Part shown: positions 1 to 15,799 of the stretch, piece after piece
How positions within the stretch are numbered: the stretch's first letter is position 1
Layout of the letters: every line of letters begins with the position of its first letter
From: the human T2T-CHM13v2.0 reference genome, Homo sapiens
Length of the DNA: 64,000 bases
Reading direction: 5' to 3' (one strand)
Assembly: GCF_009914755.1 (NCBI RefSeq)
Contig: NC_060931.1
Translations under genes and position numbers: made by a program
The notes under the pieces: model-generated
Told to the model about the DNA's origin: nothing
Seen by the model: only the letters and a program-made list of their open reading frames with translations
The model's database searches: none

Positions 1-1825
1 AAAAAATGAAATGTGCATTGCCCACATTAAAACATTAAACATCTTAGTGAAAATAAAAACAGCTTGAATAAGAGAAAATTTAATAAATTACCAAATAACA
101 TTGGGTCGAGGAGCCAATAAAAGTAATTATGAAGCTAGAGTATCCTGAAAAGAAAAATAATTGGGATACATGAAAGAAGATTGGCAAAACATTGACAATT
201 GCAACTAGGTGAGGGTGACATAGGGTTTGGATTCATGATTCTCTCCACTTGTATTATGAAATTTCCCTATGTAAAAAGTAAAATTAAAAACAACCTACTA
301 ATATGCAAGAAGAAGAAACTAAGACTGATAATCAAACTCTCGGACATTCAAAGTGAATACATAATTTTAAGTAAACATTATTAAAAGTAACAAAATAACC
401 TATTCAACACAAGAATTCACAAAAACAAAAAGTCCTGAGGTGACAGGGAAGAAGTAAATAATAAATGTTAAAGCATAAAAAATGAAAAGACAGCAGACCC
501 AAACACCAAAATAGGTCAATAAGTCCAAGAATTGGCTCTTTACAAAATAGAGACACCTCTGGAAAATGTCTCAAAAAAAAAGAAAACATTTAAAACAATC
601 CAAATTTTTTTTATCTAAGAATATCACGCATTTTCATTTAGTTTCTCTGGATATTAACTGCATAAGGGAAAAAACAATAATCTAATGAAACTGAAGTAAT
701 CACTTCCATCAAGCGATTATTATCTCCTTTCCTTTCATCTCTCAATAAACATGCAGAACGTATTAATCAGTCTGCTCATAGATTTCATAAAAAGTGGCTC
801 ATTATCTAGATGTTCTATTAATAGTTGCCAGGTTTTTTGCATCAGGAGTTGGTTGCTCAGAATGATTAATATTTACATATGTTGGTTTCTCCCAGTTGAA
901 ACCGGGATTGGAATAATAAATTGGGAGAAAATATATGGAAAAGCTCATTAAGATGACCATTTTTGCCAATAGTGTCCAAGGATGTTTCTGGTTTTCATGC
1001 AAATAGTGCCATACCAGATCCTTTCAAACATAATATTTCCCATTAAAGCAATCTCCCTTCCCACAAGCCCCTCATGTCTTCCCTTTAAAATTATCAACTT
1101 AATTTTTCTCAAGCTTCATTCAATTTTGTAAACTGATGCAACAGATTCTGCAGTTTACATAAGACCTGTTTCTTCTTTCTTTTATATCGTTATTGATCTG
1201 TCTCCCTGCATATTGCTGGAAGCATTATGTAATCATTATTAAGAAAATAAAGTCCATAATTTTACAGTTATTAATGCCCCCACCCGCCATCAAGGATCTC
1301 CCTAGACTATTAAATATGTCAGCCTCCTGCTTCACACCAAAATAACCATAAATCAAAAAACAAAACAAAACAAAACAAAAAACAACAAGGTAGGGACTGC
1401 ATTCCTTCTGTGGCTTTATCTCTTTAATTAGCAGATAAAAAGAGGTTACCATTTTAACAGAGATGATTATAATGGTTTTTATCACTTTACAGAAACTCTT
1501 TAAATTGCTTTTTAAAACGATATGGCTGACGTGTGATGGCATTAAAGAAATATAATGGGGAGGTGTTGATTTGTTTTCTTTAATTTTGTTTGTGCATGAC
1601 TTCTCTTCATCTGCTGACATGAAAATAAACACTAAGTACCACAAATTACTAGAGCAGCAGAGCTTGCTGTTCTGAAATAGTCCAACTCTTCTTACGACAC
1701 CCTTGCTTTCCTCTTCAACTTCTGTGGTACCTGAAACAGATGGAGGAAGAACCTGCAGTCATCCTCAATCCCTAGATTTAAATCCATTAACATCTTTGGG
1801 TGTTGCAATTGTGAAGCCATGCATC

Positions 1826-2282
1826 TGTGGAAAAAAAAGAAAAGAAAGAAACTTCTATCTGAAAAATGTGAGCCCCTTTCCCAGCGAGGTACTGGACTCA
1901 AACAGCAGTAGCATTACTCCTCTGGAGCTGAATCATTACCTCTTGAAGCCACATGCTATGTGGGCTCTAGACTAACTGACCAAATAGCCATCAGATGCCA
2001 CACACTGGACACTATAACACGTACCCTGTAGTTCAAACAACAGAGAGCCAATCACTAATCAATGTCATCTCTGTAAGCCTATGAGAATTCCTGCCAAACA
2101 ACTCTGTGTCAGCCCACTCCTTGTTCCCATTTGCCTTTAAAAACCTGCTTGCAGCTGAGGCTGACAGAGCTCATGTTCAAGGCATCTTGAGTCTGAGTCT
2201 TCCAGGCAGCTGTCCTCACTTTGGCTCAAGTAAACTCTTTGAATTATTTTTTGTGCCTCAGCCTCTTCCTTTTAGGTCAACA
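1826..2282 (+). mobile_element. ERV1-class (MER4-group) solo LTR, subfamily not assigned
   Basis: TG...CA termini (tgtgg...ggtcaaca), imperfect 4-bp TSD catc/tatc, typical 3' end cctcactttggctcaagtaaactc...ttttaggtcaaca. Confidence 0.65.
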
Positions 2283-2609
2283 TATCCATCATGAAATTAA
2301 GGGAATTAGAACAATTTCTCATGTCATTGGAACTTGCAGAAGAAGAAATAGATTGAGACTAGGCTTCCATTGCTTCAGATGGCATATGCCCAGGACCAGC
2401 TGTGCTTTAGGTATTTTGGAGGCAGGGCTGGAGTGAGAAGATGTGGAAAACATAACATGAAGCCTGGTTTGGTTGCTGTCTGTGATCTATTTCTTTCCTT
2501 TCTCCTCTTTCTGCTCCTGGGGACACAAGAGGTTTGATGCCAGAAGCTTTTCTACTGAATTATTTGCCCTTATCTGATCACTAACAGAATTGGGCTTTTC
2601 CTTTCTTTA

Positions 2610-2823
2610 GCAAGGTTTCTCAGCTTCAGCACTATGACCTTTAGGGCCAGATGGCCTTTGTGTAGGGGCCATCCCATGCATTGTAGGATGTTTAGCAGCA
2701 TGCCTGACCTCCACCCACAAGATGCAAGGAGCACCCCCAACACAGCCATAACAACGAAAAAGCATCTCCAGACATTGCCATTATGCCCTAGGGGGCAAAA
2801 TTATCCCTGACTGCAAACTGCTG
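2610..2823. mobile_element. MER20 (hAT-Charlie non-autonomous DNA transposon)
   Basis: Motifs gcattgtaggatgtttagcagcat, tctccagacattgcca and gggggcaaaatt match MER20 as recalled. Confidence 0.8.
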
Positions 2824-3529
2824 CTCTACATTTCATCTTCTCTACTATGTGAATCATCTCACACTTTTCTCATTTTCACTGTTCTGCAATATGTTTAATC
2901 ACTTTCAGTACGTAAATGATACCTGCAACTCTAATCATGACTAAGGAAAATCAAAGCGATCTTCTGATGAATGCCTGGACCAAAGAGCAATAGGAACCAG
3001 GTATGATCAAAATCCTACAGAAAGCCAAGGAGTATTGGAATAAAAATCTCCAGTTATTGGAGAGTGAGGACTAGACCTTTTGTCAACAAAACCAAAGAGT
3101 GTTTATTATCTACTAAGTACAAGGCCAAATACAATTTGGTCATGAACAAGAAAAAAAAAATCTCACAATTTATTTCCTTAAAGATTTATTTTTATAGTTG
3201 GTGTGGTTAAGAGTTTTCTAGGAATGATTAAATAAGACCTGATATCATAGCCATTTTGAAGCTGCTTAAAGTTCTCAGGATATAAACCAAGTAGGGAGAG
3301 AAATAAGTAATATGATTACACAATTAATACTTATTTCAATTTTTTATTATGTGTGTCTATTTACTGCAAAATAATTACTTTGTACAGTCTTATGCATGTT
3401 TCAGATTAACTTTTTTGGTAATGTAATAAATTTTAATGCAAATATACTTTATCTTCACAGTTCATACCCCATGATACAGGTGATAAGGCTTGAAGTGATT
3501 AAACAGAAGTAAGAAGTTACCTCTCTCCG

Positions 3530-4021
3530 TCTGTCTTTAAAGTGCACATGCATTACTTGTGGATCTTGTTCACAATTATAATTCTGGAAGTCTGGGGTGG
3601 ATTCTGAGATTCTGCATTTCTTTTCTTTTTCTTTTTATTTGTTTATTTTTTTAGAGATGGTGTCTTGCTCTGTCATCCAGGCAAGAGTGCAGTGGCACGA
3701 TCAAAGCTTACTGTGGCCTCAAACTCCCAGGCTCAAGCGATCATCCTACTTTCAGCCTCCCAAGTAGCTGAGACTACACTAAAGGCATGCATCCCCACAC
3801 CTGGCTAATTTTTAAAATTATTTTTTGTAGAGATGGGATCTCACTATGTTACCCATACTAATTTCTAACTCTAGGCATCAAGCGATCCTCCTGCCTTGGC
3901 CTCCCAAAGTGCCGGGATGACAGGCATGAGCCACTGCACCTGGCCTTAAGATCCTACATTTTAAGAAGCTCCCAGGTAATGCAACAATGTTGGTTTAAGC
4001 ACAACTCTGTGAGTAGCAAGG
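3530..4021. mobile_element. MER5-family hAT element split by an AluJ
   Basis: gtctggggtggattctgagattctgcattt continues after the Alu as aagctcccaggtaatgc...gagtagcaagg. Confidence 0.6.
3620..3945 (-). mobile_element. AluJ
   Basis: Antisense dimer with ggctcaagcgatc (J-type); TSD-like agattctgcattt/agatcctacattt. Confidence 0.9.
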
Positions 4022-4140
4022 TCCTTAGCTCCTTTGACCTAAGCGTCATATTATGCTTTTGTATGAGCTGTGGTGCTGCCCCAGTTTTGAGGAAAGGGAG
4101 CATTCATTTTTAGATTCAGATTTCATACATATATATATAT

Positions 4141-4451
4141 TTTTTTCTTTTTTTTGAGATGGAGTTTCACTCTTGTTGCCCAAGCCTGAGTGCAGTGGCG
4201 CGATCTCGGCTCACTGCAACCTCGCCTCCAGGGTTCATGCGATTCTCCTGCCTCAGCCTCCCGAGTAGCTGGGATTACAGGCATGCACCACCAAGCCCGC
4301 TAATTTTTTTTTTTTTTTTTTGTATTTTTAGTAGAAACGGGTTTCACCATGTTAGCCAGGCTGGTCTTGAGCTCCTGACCTCAGATGATCCACTCGCCTC
4401 AGCCTCCCAAAGTGCTAGGAGGATTACAGACGTGAGACACTGCGCCCGGCC
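4141..4451 (-). mobile_element. AluS
   Basis: Antisense dimer; TSD tcagatttcata at 4116 and 4452. Confidence 0.92.
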
Positions 4452-5153
4452 TCAGATTTCATATATTAAAACACTCTTTTCAGCAAAAGATGTTGAACAT
4501 TCTTCCCTCGGGACAGGAAACACAAAGAGAAGGAAGCTTCCAGAGCTGAAGATCCCAACAAAGGAAAGCCAGTCCTGCTGGTAGGGGAGCACCTGAGCGC
4601 TGCTGGTCAGAGAAGCCTCCTCAAGGGTAACAAGCAAAGCCTCCACTCTCTGTACTCCAGGTTAGAATAAGGGATATGAGGCCAAAGGCCAACATTCCAG
4701 CTGAAGCCAGATGACAGAATACTGAGGGCTTCCCAGGAGACTCAAGCTCCATCAGCAAGCGGGCTCACCACACCTGCTGAGTGCAAAGGCACTGGAGAAA
4801 GATAGTAAGAGCTACTATCTGTTTTTCAGATTTTATTGTATCCAGCCAAACATAGTAATGATACAGCTCATATTCCAGGTGGTGCAAATGTTTTCCATAA
4901 ATACCATTTTCACCAAGTTCCAAGATAAGTAGTTATGATAACTATATAAAACATAAAATAAAATTACATAAGATATCTAATAATGCAATACTAATTATAT
5001 GTAACATATGCAAAGTATATATGTAATAATAAAATACTATTAAAAATAACTACCTGGATTTTCTAGCTCTGTCCTTATCTGTTAAAAGTCAAGAATTTGC
5101 TGTTCAGAGTAGGCAGAGTCTCTTAAAACCATCTCTTAAATAACTTCTGTTTT

Positions 5154-5453
<300 letters not shown>

Positions 5454-5696
5454 AAATAACTTCTGTTTTAATTTGGCTCTTGTTTTACTAAGAATTCTCA
5501 GTAGTGCTTTCAAAACATTCTAAAAACACAAAAATTAATCTTATTCCTAGATGTCCATAACTTAGTTTTCCAAATTGTTATTTGTTAATTAGCATGAAGC
5601 AAAATAACTATTAACCTAAAAATATGTCTGATTAATTCTGCTGTCACTTCAATATAATTAGACAATTGTGGACACGTTTTCTCCTAGGGTTCTTAC

Positions 5697-5902
5697 CTGC
5701 ATTTACATTTCTGCAGTTAGGGTGAAGGTGCATGTGTGCTTGTAGGTGGACCATGAATATAGGAAGTAGGGCTGGAAAGAGTGGACAGAGGCATTCAACC
5801 GAGTGTCTAGAATGTGGACATGCCAGCAAATAATTCTCCACTCTGATGTGTGCACTTTTCCTGTGATTTCTTCAAAGTGGAAAGCATCTGAGGTTGAATT
5901 TC
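5697..5902 (-). other. Candidate non-coding internal exon (206 nt)
   Basis: Minus-strand acceptor ctacctctctgtag|G and donor GCAG|GTAAGA; no recognisable protein. Confidence 0.3.
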
Positions 5903-5944
5903 CTACAGAGAGGTAGACTGACGGGGCGAGCCTGGCCCCTGGGC

Positions 5945-6078
5945 TGCCTGCCAGTTCCCTAAGCTGTGACACCAACCACCTCATGGTGTCCCTCCCCTGG
6001 GCCTCCATTCCCTGTTCTGTAGAATAAGGGCATTTGACAAGCTGATTCCTAAAGTGTCTCTCAAATCTATGATTCTAC
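5945..6078. mobile_element. MIR fragment
   Basis: gcctccattccctgttctgtagaataaggg...tctatgattcta core and tail. Confidence 0.55.
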
Positions 6079-6610
6079 TACTTTAATGCCTTTAATATTG
6101 AAGAAAATGTACATGATAATGTGTTCTCTCTGCACGTCAGCTAAAATAGGACATTATTAAATAATAAAATATCCATTTCCAACTGCATGGGTGTAATTTT
6201 TTAAAATGCATTTTGAGACAAGAAGATTGTTCTAAGCTTTCACAGATGTTACCATTTTAAAACATTTTCTTTTCTCACATGATGCCAGTAGGAATAATTC
6301 ATTTCTGGACTTTTTCTGTCAGCATCTATCTCTGGCTTTATTTCAAAATGTCACATTATCAGGACAAGATACAAATATCTTGAACATGAAACCCTAACAA
6401 TTAAACAGAAAATTGATACTAAAAGAAAATCAAGACAACAAATGTAAAGTTCAAATTTCTGTTACCTTGCTTTTTAAAAAAATGCCTAAATGCATATACA
6501 AAAATTGGATTTTTAGAAACATAAACTATCCTTCCATTAATTTATTTTTAAACTTCTTTCATATTGTTATTACTGATAGAGTTGACAATACAATAAAATA
6601 TTACTAAAAT

Positions 6611-7007
<397 letters not shown>

Positions 7008-7522
7008 TCACGCCATCAACACTCCGCATACCAGGCTATATGCTGTGTTTCATTCACTATCTGCATGATTGAGAACATTGGGTTCCCATCAAGTTGCTAT
7101 TGCAATAATATCCAACAGATCAGGACACATCCACCGCTTACTTGTCCAGTTTGATCTTTAAGGGAATTGAAAATCCACAAAGGTCTAAACTTGTCAGGTA
7201 TTTTAGTGGGAAATGGGTAAGTCCCTCTCAAACAGCTGACCTGGAACTCGTACCTGCCACAGAGAGTGAAACCTCTCTGCACTCTTAAATGCTGCATTCA
7301 TTCATCCCTGGAGAAAAGCCAGTTTCTCATCCACGTTGAACTAATTCTTATGAGGTGACCCTTATTTATAGCCACAGATACAGTGTGACTCCCTATTTTA
7401 AATAGACTATTGGGACTTTGTTGTTTTCACCATCTTTGGCTCTAGCCCTTAAGGACTTCATGAAGCTCCTAAGTAATATAGACAGCTAGGTTGATTTTTA
7501 GTTGAACTAGCATGCATTTTCA

Positions 7523-7915
<393 letters not shown>

Positions 7916-8247
7916 TTACACAAATTTTATTGGAAATAGCTGGCTCCAATGACAATATTTCTGCTATCACCACAAACTCAATTTCTACTTCAACTATATA
8001 ATTACATCAGGCTTGAGAATAACTAAAAAACAATACTGCTAAATGTTGGCTTTAAATTACCATTTGTCTGCCTAAATCATGATGAATATGGTGATTGGAA
8101 ATGGCATTATCGATTATTAAATGTCAGAATGAATACACTAATGAAGTTATAGAGACAAATGTCATATAAGACTGATTATTGTGACTAGTTTGGCCAAAGT
8201 CCTGAGTCTAAAATTTTTAAAACTCTAAAAATGTAAAAAGAAGTATC

Positions 8248-9066
<819 letters not shown>

Positions 9067-9109
9067 CATAATATTGACTTTGTTCAAAATGTAAGCCTTC
9101 ATGATAATA

Positions 9110-10282
9110 CTGCAACTTGTCATTCAAAATGCAGTCATTGTGAACCTACCATGTGTCTGCGGTAGTCAGATGCTGAGCATGCTTGAGTGAACAAAAGACA
9201 GAAGACTCCTCCCCTTCTGGCTGGGGATTGAGATGAAGAAGTAAATGAGCTAACAAACCATTACAGAAGGTGACAGCTGCTATGACTTAGACAGACTGTG
9301 CCGTGATCGAAGACTGGGTGAGAAGAGGGAACCTAGACTAGAGACCATGGATGAGGATTTGGCTCCAGGCAGAGGCTTCCAATGTGCAACCATGCTGAGT
9401 CAGAAGACGCAGAGTTGGAGGAGCAGAAATCCGGCACGCTGGGGCCAGTGCTTCGTAGTCCGGAAGATCGACGGTGTGCAGGAGGCTGGAGAACGGTCAG
9501 CTGCAGATGGCACAGGGCCTTGTCTGCCGGGCCACAGCATCCCAGCCACTCCTCCCAGTGCTTCCGGGCAAAACTCTAGCAGATGCTTTTTTTCCCCTTT
9601 CTTAAACTTATCACATACCTATCAGTACATCCTGTCAACTCTACTTTAAAAGCGCATCCTTGCTGTCATCCCAAGTCTCCCTTATAATGTCCATTGTGCA
9701 AGTCCGGAATGATCCTTTAAAAACCTAAATCAAATCACTTCTTTTCTGCTTCCAACTTTTCCATGATCTCTTGTCACACACAGAAAGGAGGCTGAACTCC
9801 CCTCCTGGCTCTTTGTGCCCTTTATGATCTGCAATGCACCTCATCTTACCCCTCCACCTCGAGCTCCAGCCTCTATGGAGCTTGCCAAGCTTGATTCTCC
9901 TTCAGGGCATTTTCTCTAGATATCTTGTCTTCCTGAACTTCTTTCGCAACTCCTTGCACAGCTGATTCCTTCTTATTTCATTGAAATCTCAACCTGATGT
10001 CACCTGCCCAATGACCTTGCATGGCTATCAGACTAAATAGCCAAATAGTACTGTCCTCGTTTCTCCTTGGGGGTTGAATCCTCTGCATAGCACTTGTACT
10101 GATATTTTATTAGTACTTGCTGGTTTACTGCCATCTCCACAGCACTCCACCCCCACACCATTCAACCTAGAATGTAGTTCTGTGAAAGAAGGAATAATAA
10201 ATGTGCTGCTCACTATGTATCCCCACACCTGGGGCTCTGCCGGACACACAGTGGTTCTCAACAATTTTTGCTAAATGAATCA
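9110..10282. mobile_element. L2 fragments (minus ~9110-9500, plus ~9570-10282)
   Basis: Degenerate L2 3' ends: acctaccatgtg...gtgaacaaaagacag and cacacagtggttctcaacaatttttgctaaatgaat. Confidence 0.55.
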
Positions 10283-11658
10283 AAGGCTAATAGACCATCA
10301 TGGATAAACTCATCATGAAATAGAAGTGAGAGAGAAAGGGAAAGAGGGAGGAGTGGTGGTGAGAGTGCACAGGTCGGCAGGGCTAGAAAGACCACCGAAC
10401 AGTCAAGGAGCTCCTACGTGGCAGCAGCTACCACACCCATTGGGTCAGCTGGCCACACTTCTACACGTGGATTTAGACCCTTTGTTGTCCCCATAGCATA
10501 GGCGGCATGAGCCTCATGCTTGCATTGGGTCCCCTTTCTCCTTGAGTCCTGTGGGTATGACGTGGCCCAGGAGAATGCTATGACCACAGGGAATCTGTGT
10601 GAAAGCCAAGAACTCCAGGGGCAGGAGATCCTGGTCTTCTGTAGGGGCTGCTAGCAAACTTGGTCCTCTTTCTCTCTAGAAGAGACATTATTTTTATTAC
10701 ACTGGGATTTCTCCAAGAAGAGATGTTTCCAAATCTCTACAGAGGGAGTCGTTGTCTTTCTACTGCCAAGACTATCTGCTATGCAAACATCCTGGATCAT
10801 CCATTGATGATCTCAATGTCCTTTGTTCAGAAGACATGCAAACCATGTCCAGACATAGAGGACTAGTTCATAACAAAAGGATCCTGTGGCCTGATTTGGA
10901 GCAGGGCCCCTAAGGGACAGAAAATTTCAAGACATATTTGGGAGACCTGACAGTGGAAGTTATCTTTACCCAATTTTCCCAGGGAACGGTACTAGGAAGG
11001 CATAAAACCTCAGGAAATTTAGAGCTGCACAGTGTGTCAGAAACTATGGAACCGGAGACAGCTTTGCAAGGGTTTTTCCGGAATGGCAACTGACTGAGGT
11101 TATAAAATTATTCCCACACACTTATGCTGCAAGGAGTGGAATATCCAGCAAACTGGGAGACACAGGAGGACAAGAACAGATGATGCTTCGGTAATGACTT
11201 AAAGGGACCAGTTCCCAAGGGCCATATGGGATGTTCACCCCACAAGACGATTGAAGGAGGGAGAGAGGCATCTCCCCAGTGCCTCACACAGTGAAAGGTC
11301 CCTAGGAGATTCTAGAGGGGATGTCTTGTCTTGAATCACTTTCAAGACAAATAAGGAATTGAACCACTTGTTTTTACAAAGTCTGTTACTGGGAGACACC
11401 ATCTCTGGATCCAGGCCGGGAGGCTGCGGTGAGGAAGCCAGCTCAGGAGGTTGTCAGGGCAGCCACAGTGGAGCCACAGCTCTGGGGCTGCCATCTTGTC
11501 CTGTCAGCTTAGCTACCACTGTTCACATCTCTCCCTCAGTAGTTTATGTTTTATTACATATCACAAAATGTCCATATGGAATGTGTTGAAAATAAAGTTG
11601 AAAGGACAAAAATAACAGGTTCTTCACCACAGATAGCCGAAGAAGTAGTGGTCTGGAA

Positions 11659-11860
11659 CAGCCCTATCCATCAGAACTTTGACAATGATGGAAACGTTCT
11701 GTTCCTGCAGTGACCAATATGGTAGCCACTAGTTGCATGTGGCTACTGAGCACTTGGAGTGAGGCGATTGTAATTTAGAATCCAAACATTTCATTTTATT
11801 TAATTTTAATTAAGTTAAAATAGCCATGTGACTAGTGGCTGCAGTACTGGACACAGCAGG
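11659..11860. mobile_element. MER3 (hAT-Charlie)
   Basis: caatgatggaaacgttctg, ccaatatggtagccactag, atgtggctactgagcacttg, tagccatgtgactagtggct. Confidence 0.75.
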
Positions 11861-11874
11861 TCTAGAATGAAGGC

Positions 11875-12030
11875 ATTAGCCTGAGCCTCTCAAAGCTTTT
11901 GTGACCTTATCATAAAATGAGGATAAAAGTAGAATCAATCATGTAGGGGGCTTTCAAGGCTTAATGAACTAATCCATGTTAGAGGCTTAGCACCTCTGGG
12001 GCACACAGCTGGCACTCAGTAGGCATTAGA
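11875..12030. mobile_element. MIR fragment
   Basis: ataaaatgaggataa...cttagcac...ggcacacagctggcactcag. Confidence 0.5.
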
Positions 12031-12518
12031 GGAAGATGAAAAAAATAAGTATGACAACACTGGTGGCAATCACAGAGACAGAGCTCCGGGGTTCTGAGGA
12101 CAGGTTTGGACATGCGTGTGGCCAGCTATTAGGTAAGAAAAAGTATGGTCCATGCAGCGTGGGGCCAGAGCATGGGTGACAATGGGTGAGGAGGCCCTGC
12201 ATCTGGCTCTATATGGGAGCACAGGCACATGAGGGGTGATGCCCCAAACCCTAACGGCCTTGAAAAGGAGAGTAGATGTTCAGCACTGGGTCAGCAGGGA
12301 GGGGGCTGTGCCCAGAGCTTCCCAGGCTGCTGGGGCAACTGCTCCCTTGGGTGGTGCACGGTGCACACGGCAGGGGCAATGCTCTCTGGGGCTGTGTCCA
12401 GCTCCTTCACCCAAATTCAAAACATGTGCATTCTGCACACCTCTGTCAAATAGTCTGGATCAAGGCATGTGTTTGCCTAAATCATCTGAAAATTTATATC
12501 AAAAATAGTTTCTTGGCA

Positions 12519-13518
12519 TGTATCTATCAGTCTGGGTCCAATCAGGAGATGCAGACCACAACACAATTTAAACAAGGGAGGTTTAATATAAAGAAATATG
12601 ATGCTATTTCTTAAGAAACAGGACAAGAGAGTAACTATTGAGACAGAAAGAGCTCTACAGGGCACCAGAGCTGTGGGTGAGCACCCAAGGAAGGACACAG
12701 CTAGAGGGGGCTTAGACTTCTGAAGAAAGTATGGCTGCACCTACTGGATAGTGGAGAATTTTGCTGGGCTTCCCAGGACACAGCTGGCCCACAGTGGCTG
12801 GACAAGTGAAAACATCACTCTGTGGCACCAGCAAACTGAGGCCAACAGGCAGGCAGAGAGAGCAGGGCACACTGCAGGTGTGAGACCAAAAACCTGTCAT
12901 GTCTATGTCATTGTCCATGTTGAGAGGGCCACAGGAAATACACCTGCAGGACACAGGCAGGGGATGCTGGCAGGTGGTGGACCACCCTCTGCAGGGACCC
13001 AGTGCCCCTCTGTGCACAGCTTGGGTCAGAGCAGCTGTGGGCGCTTGCATGGACAAAGGTACAGCCTGCCGAATGGCCAACCTTAAGGAGCTTCAGTGTG
13101 CCTGTGGGTGGGGCTAAGGAGAGGGTACAAAGAGCAGGACCTGGGCCGAGGCACAGTCCTGTGCTGTCTGGTGTCCCTGGCTATGCTAGTGCTGTCCAAA
13201 TCAGGAACTGCAGAAAGCATGGCAGCAACATGCTGGAGAGAGCTTCCTGTAGCCTGCATGCACCTGGCACTGGAGAAACCACACTGCTGAGCAGTAAAGA
13301 AAAATGCACGCTCTCCAGGAGCATGGCAAATGCCCTGAGAGCCAGGACAGAAAATCCCTACTATCTGTAATGTCTCTCCAGCACCTTCTAATGACAATCC
13401 TTAACATCGGATCAGTGGCAAAGAAAAAATATGAAAGAGGCTCACCTGCATCTTCACAGATCAGGTAATGAAGGATGAATTTGGAGCTGAGAGTCAGGAA
13501 ACTGAAAAATGGCAACAC
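12519..13518 (-). mobile_element. ERVL LTR, LTR41-family
   Basis: Reverse complement starts ...ctctcagctccaaattcatccttcattacctg...tttgcca...; 3' end cagtctgggtccaatcaggag as recalled for LTR41. Confidence 0.6.
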
Positions 13519-15117
13519 ATAGCCTATGCCCGACACCCACCGGCCCCACTCTTCCATGGCACTCACAAAATATTCCCTGGGGCTTTGACTGTGATCTAGG
13601 AAAAAAAAAACACTGTTTGCAAGGAAAGGAAGATTTCTTGGTAAATTATCTTTCTATGGGTAAAAAAATCAGTGCAGTCATCACCTTGTCATTAGTAAGT
13701 TCTCAATAGAGCAGACTGAGTCAAAGCTGTGCAGCCAATAAGATGTACTTACAAATGGTTCCCTGCCTGAGAGCTGGGTTCAGAAGTGCAGTAGATCCAA
13801 CATCTCCCAGTGCCATAATCTACCTTGTAGGACTAAATGTCCTATACCCTAAAGTTTATTATTCTTTATATATGATCTAGAGAGTGGGTACAAGTTTTGG
13901 TAGTAGTTTGGAAAATACTACAAAATCTTTGAAATAAAAAAAACTAAGCAGTTTATAAAACACTGCCACTTATACTTAGGTGTATTCTTACATCTTTTCT
14001 TTTTTCCTTAAATAACTAAAACAAATATAACATTTTCTGAAAAGTAAAGGGGCCTCAGTAAATAAATACATAGCATTGCTATTATGACATACAATATTTT
14101 AGAATAAAAATATAGTATGAATATTCATAGAAGTTGTTATTCTTGGATCTTTAGCAACATTAAATATGTAATATACTTACACCTCCATTTCCTCTTCTAA
14201 TATTTATCCCTGCTTCATTTCTAAATCATCTTTTCCATATTTTCCTCTTCAGTTTTTTAAGTGGGACGGCAAGCTTGTTTTCAGCTAGTTGTAATTAAAA
14301 TATTATCTATGAGCACTTTCAAGCCAGATTGTCATCATCAAAGCAAAGGAAAGATGGGGCAATTTTGGAGAAAACTCAGTGACACATCAAATTATTTAGA
14401 TGGATGTTTTAATTTCACAATTTTTCTTCAACTAACTTTAAAATATGTGGGTGATTATTTTATATAGGGATTCGCATGGTACAAAAATCAGTAGAACTCC
14501 AAATAAGGCACTGAGAGGAGACAGAGAGGAGAGCACTGAGGTGGGCTCTTCTGCCCTGAGTGGACCCTGATCTCCACAGAGGCCAGGCAGACAGCATCCT
14601 GCCTTCCACCGTCGCGTTCCAGAGAAGACTGTTGATAAACAGCCAGTGCCTAACTTCAGGGAGGGGTTAGTTATGGATGAAATCAAAGGACACCGAGGGA
14701 AATGTAAGAGAAGGTGGCTGGAGTAGGCTTGGGAGGCAGGGGGCCCCACCTGGGAGAGCTTGGCGTTCTAGCCTGTGGAGGAGTCCTAGGGGGAGGAGAG
14801 AACTGGGGAGGGGTAGAGGGCGCTCAGGAAGGCAGGTCTTGTGTCCTGCGCCAGCCAACTCCAGCTGTGCTCCATGGCTCCGGCAGGGTTGCTCTGAAGG
14901 CTATAAAGGAATGTGCCCACCCTGGCATGTGACCATCCTTCTAGAACACGCTTTGGTTCCTCGATTTGGGAAGGTCTGGCTCCAATAGCCCAAGCCTGCC
15001 TCCAGATCCTTTAAAGATAGCTTCACTTTTCTGTCCCAAGCACTGAGAGGGAAAAGGGACGGGAAAGAGTGGAAGGAGTGGGCAGCAATGTGTGTAGTTT
15101 GGCCCTGCAGCGGAGCC

Positions 15118-15175
15118 GCCGCCGTCCATAGCCTCCCTGTTCGGAGGCCGCCATCCATAGCCTCCCTGCTTGGAG
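15118..15175 (+). repeat. 29-bp tandem duplication
   Basis: gccgccgtccatagcctccctgttcggag / gccgccatccatagcctccctgcttggag. Confidence 0.9.
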
Positions 15176-15667
15176 CCCCTGACCATGGCAGGCCTATCTC
15201 AGCGTCTTGCAGGAGCTGGGATGCGCATATCCCTTGGGCAAGGGGAAGCCACGGCTTGATTTCAGCAAGAAGCAATGTGAGTTACCTTGCCCTTAACCTT
15301 ATGTAAATTCATTCTGCAAATGAAGATCCAGGGCTGAAAGGGCAGCACTGCAGACACCGCAGCGGCCGGAGCCACAGCCCTGAGCTCCCAGGGTTTTCCA
15401 CCCAGCAGGGAAGACAGACTGGAAAAACGATTACATGAGTGGTGCTGGCTGCAAAGGAGAAGAATGGATCTTTAGTGCGTAGTGAAGCGCAGGGGTCTCA
15501 CTTGGTTAGGATATGGTTCTGAAATACTTCACTGAGAGGGGCATGGGCGCTGGAGTGGAGACAAGTTGGGACCTGGACTCATTCAGAGTTCATTATGGGG
15601 AGGAGAGATTCCAGGACTAGAGAACAGTGTTGGCCTTGAAGCAGAAAAAAACCTGGACCAGAAACTG

Positions 15668-15799
15668 GAAGAAGAAAGAGAAGGAGAAAGAGAAGGAGAA
15701 GGAAGAGAAGGAGAAGGAGAAGGAGAGGAAGAGGAAGAAAGAAGAAGAAGAAAAGGAAGAGGAAGAAAGAAGAAGAAGAAGAAAGAAGAAGAAGAAAAA
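15668..15799 (+). repeat. Pure polypurine (GAA/GGA/AGA) tract
   Basis: ~130 nt of A/G only. Confidence 0.95.

Noticed and set aside
10380-11630. Possible ancient LTR
   Set aside because: LTR-like composition and an AATAAA, but no family, termini or TSD could be supported.
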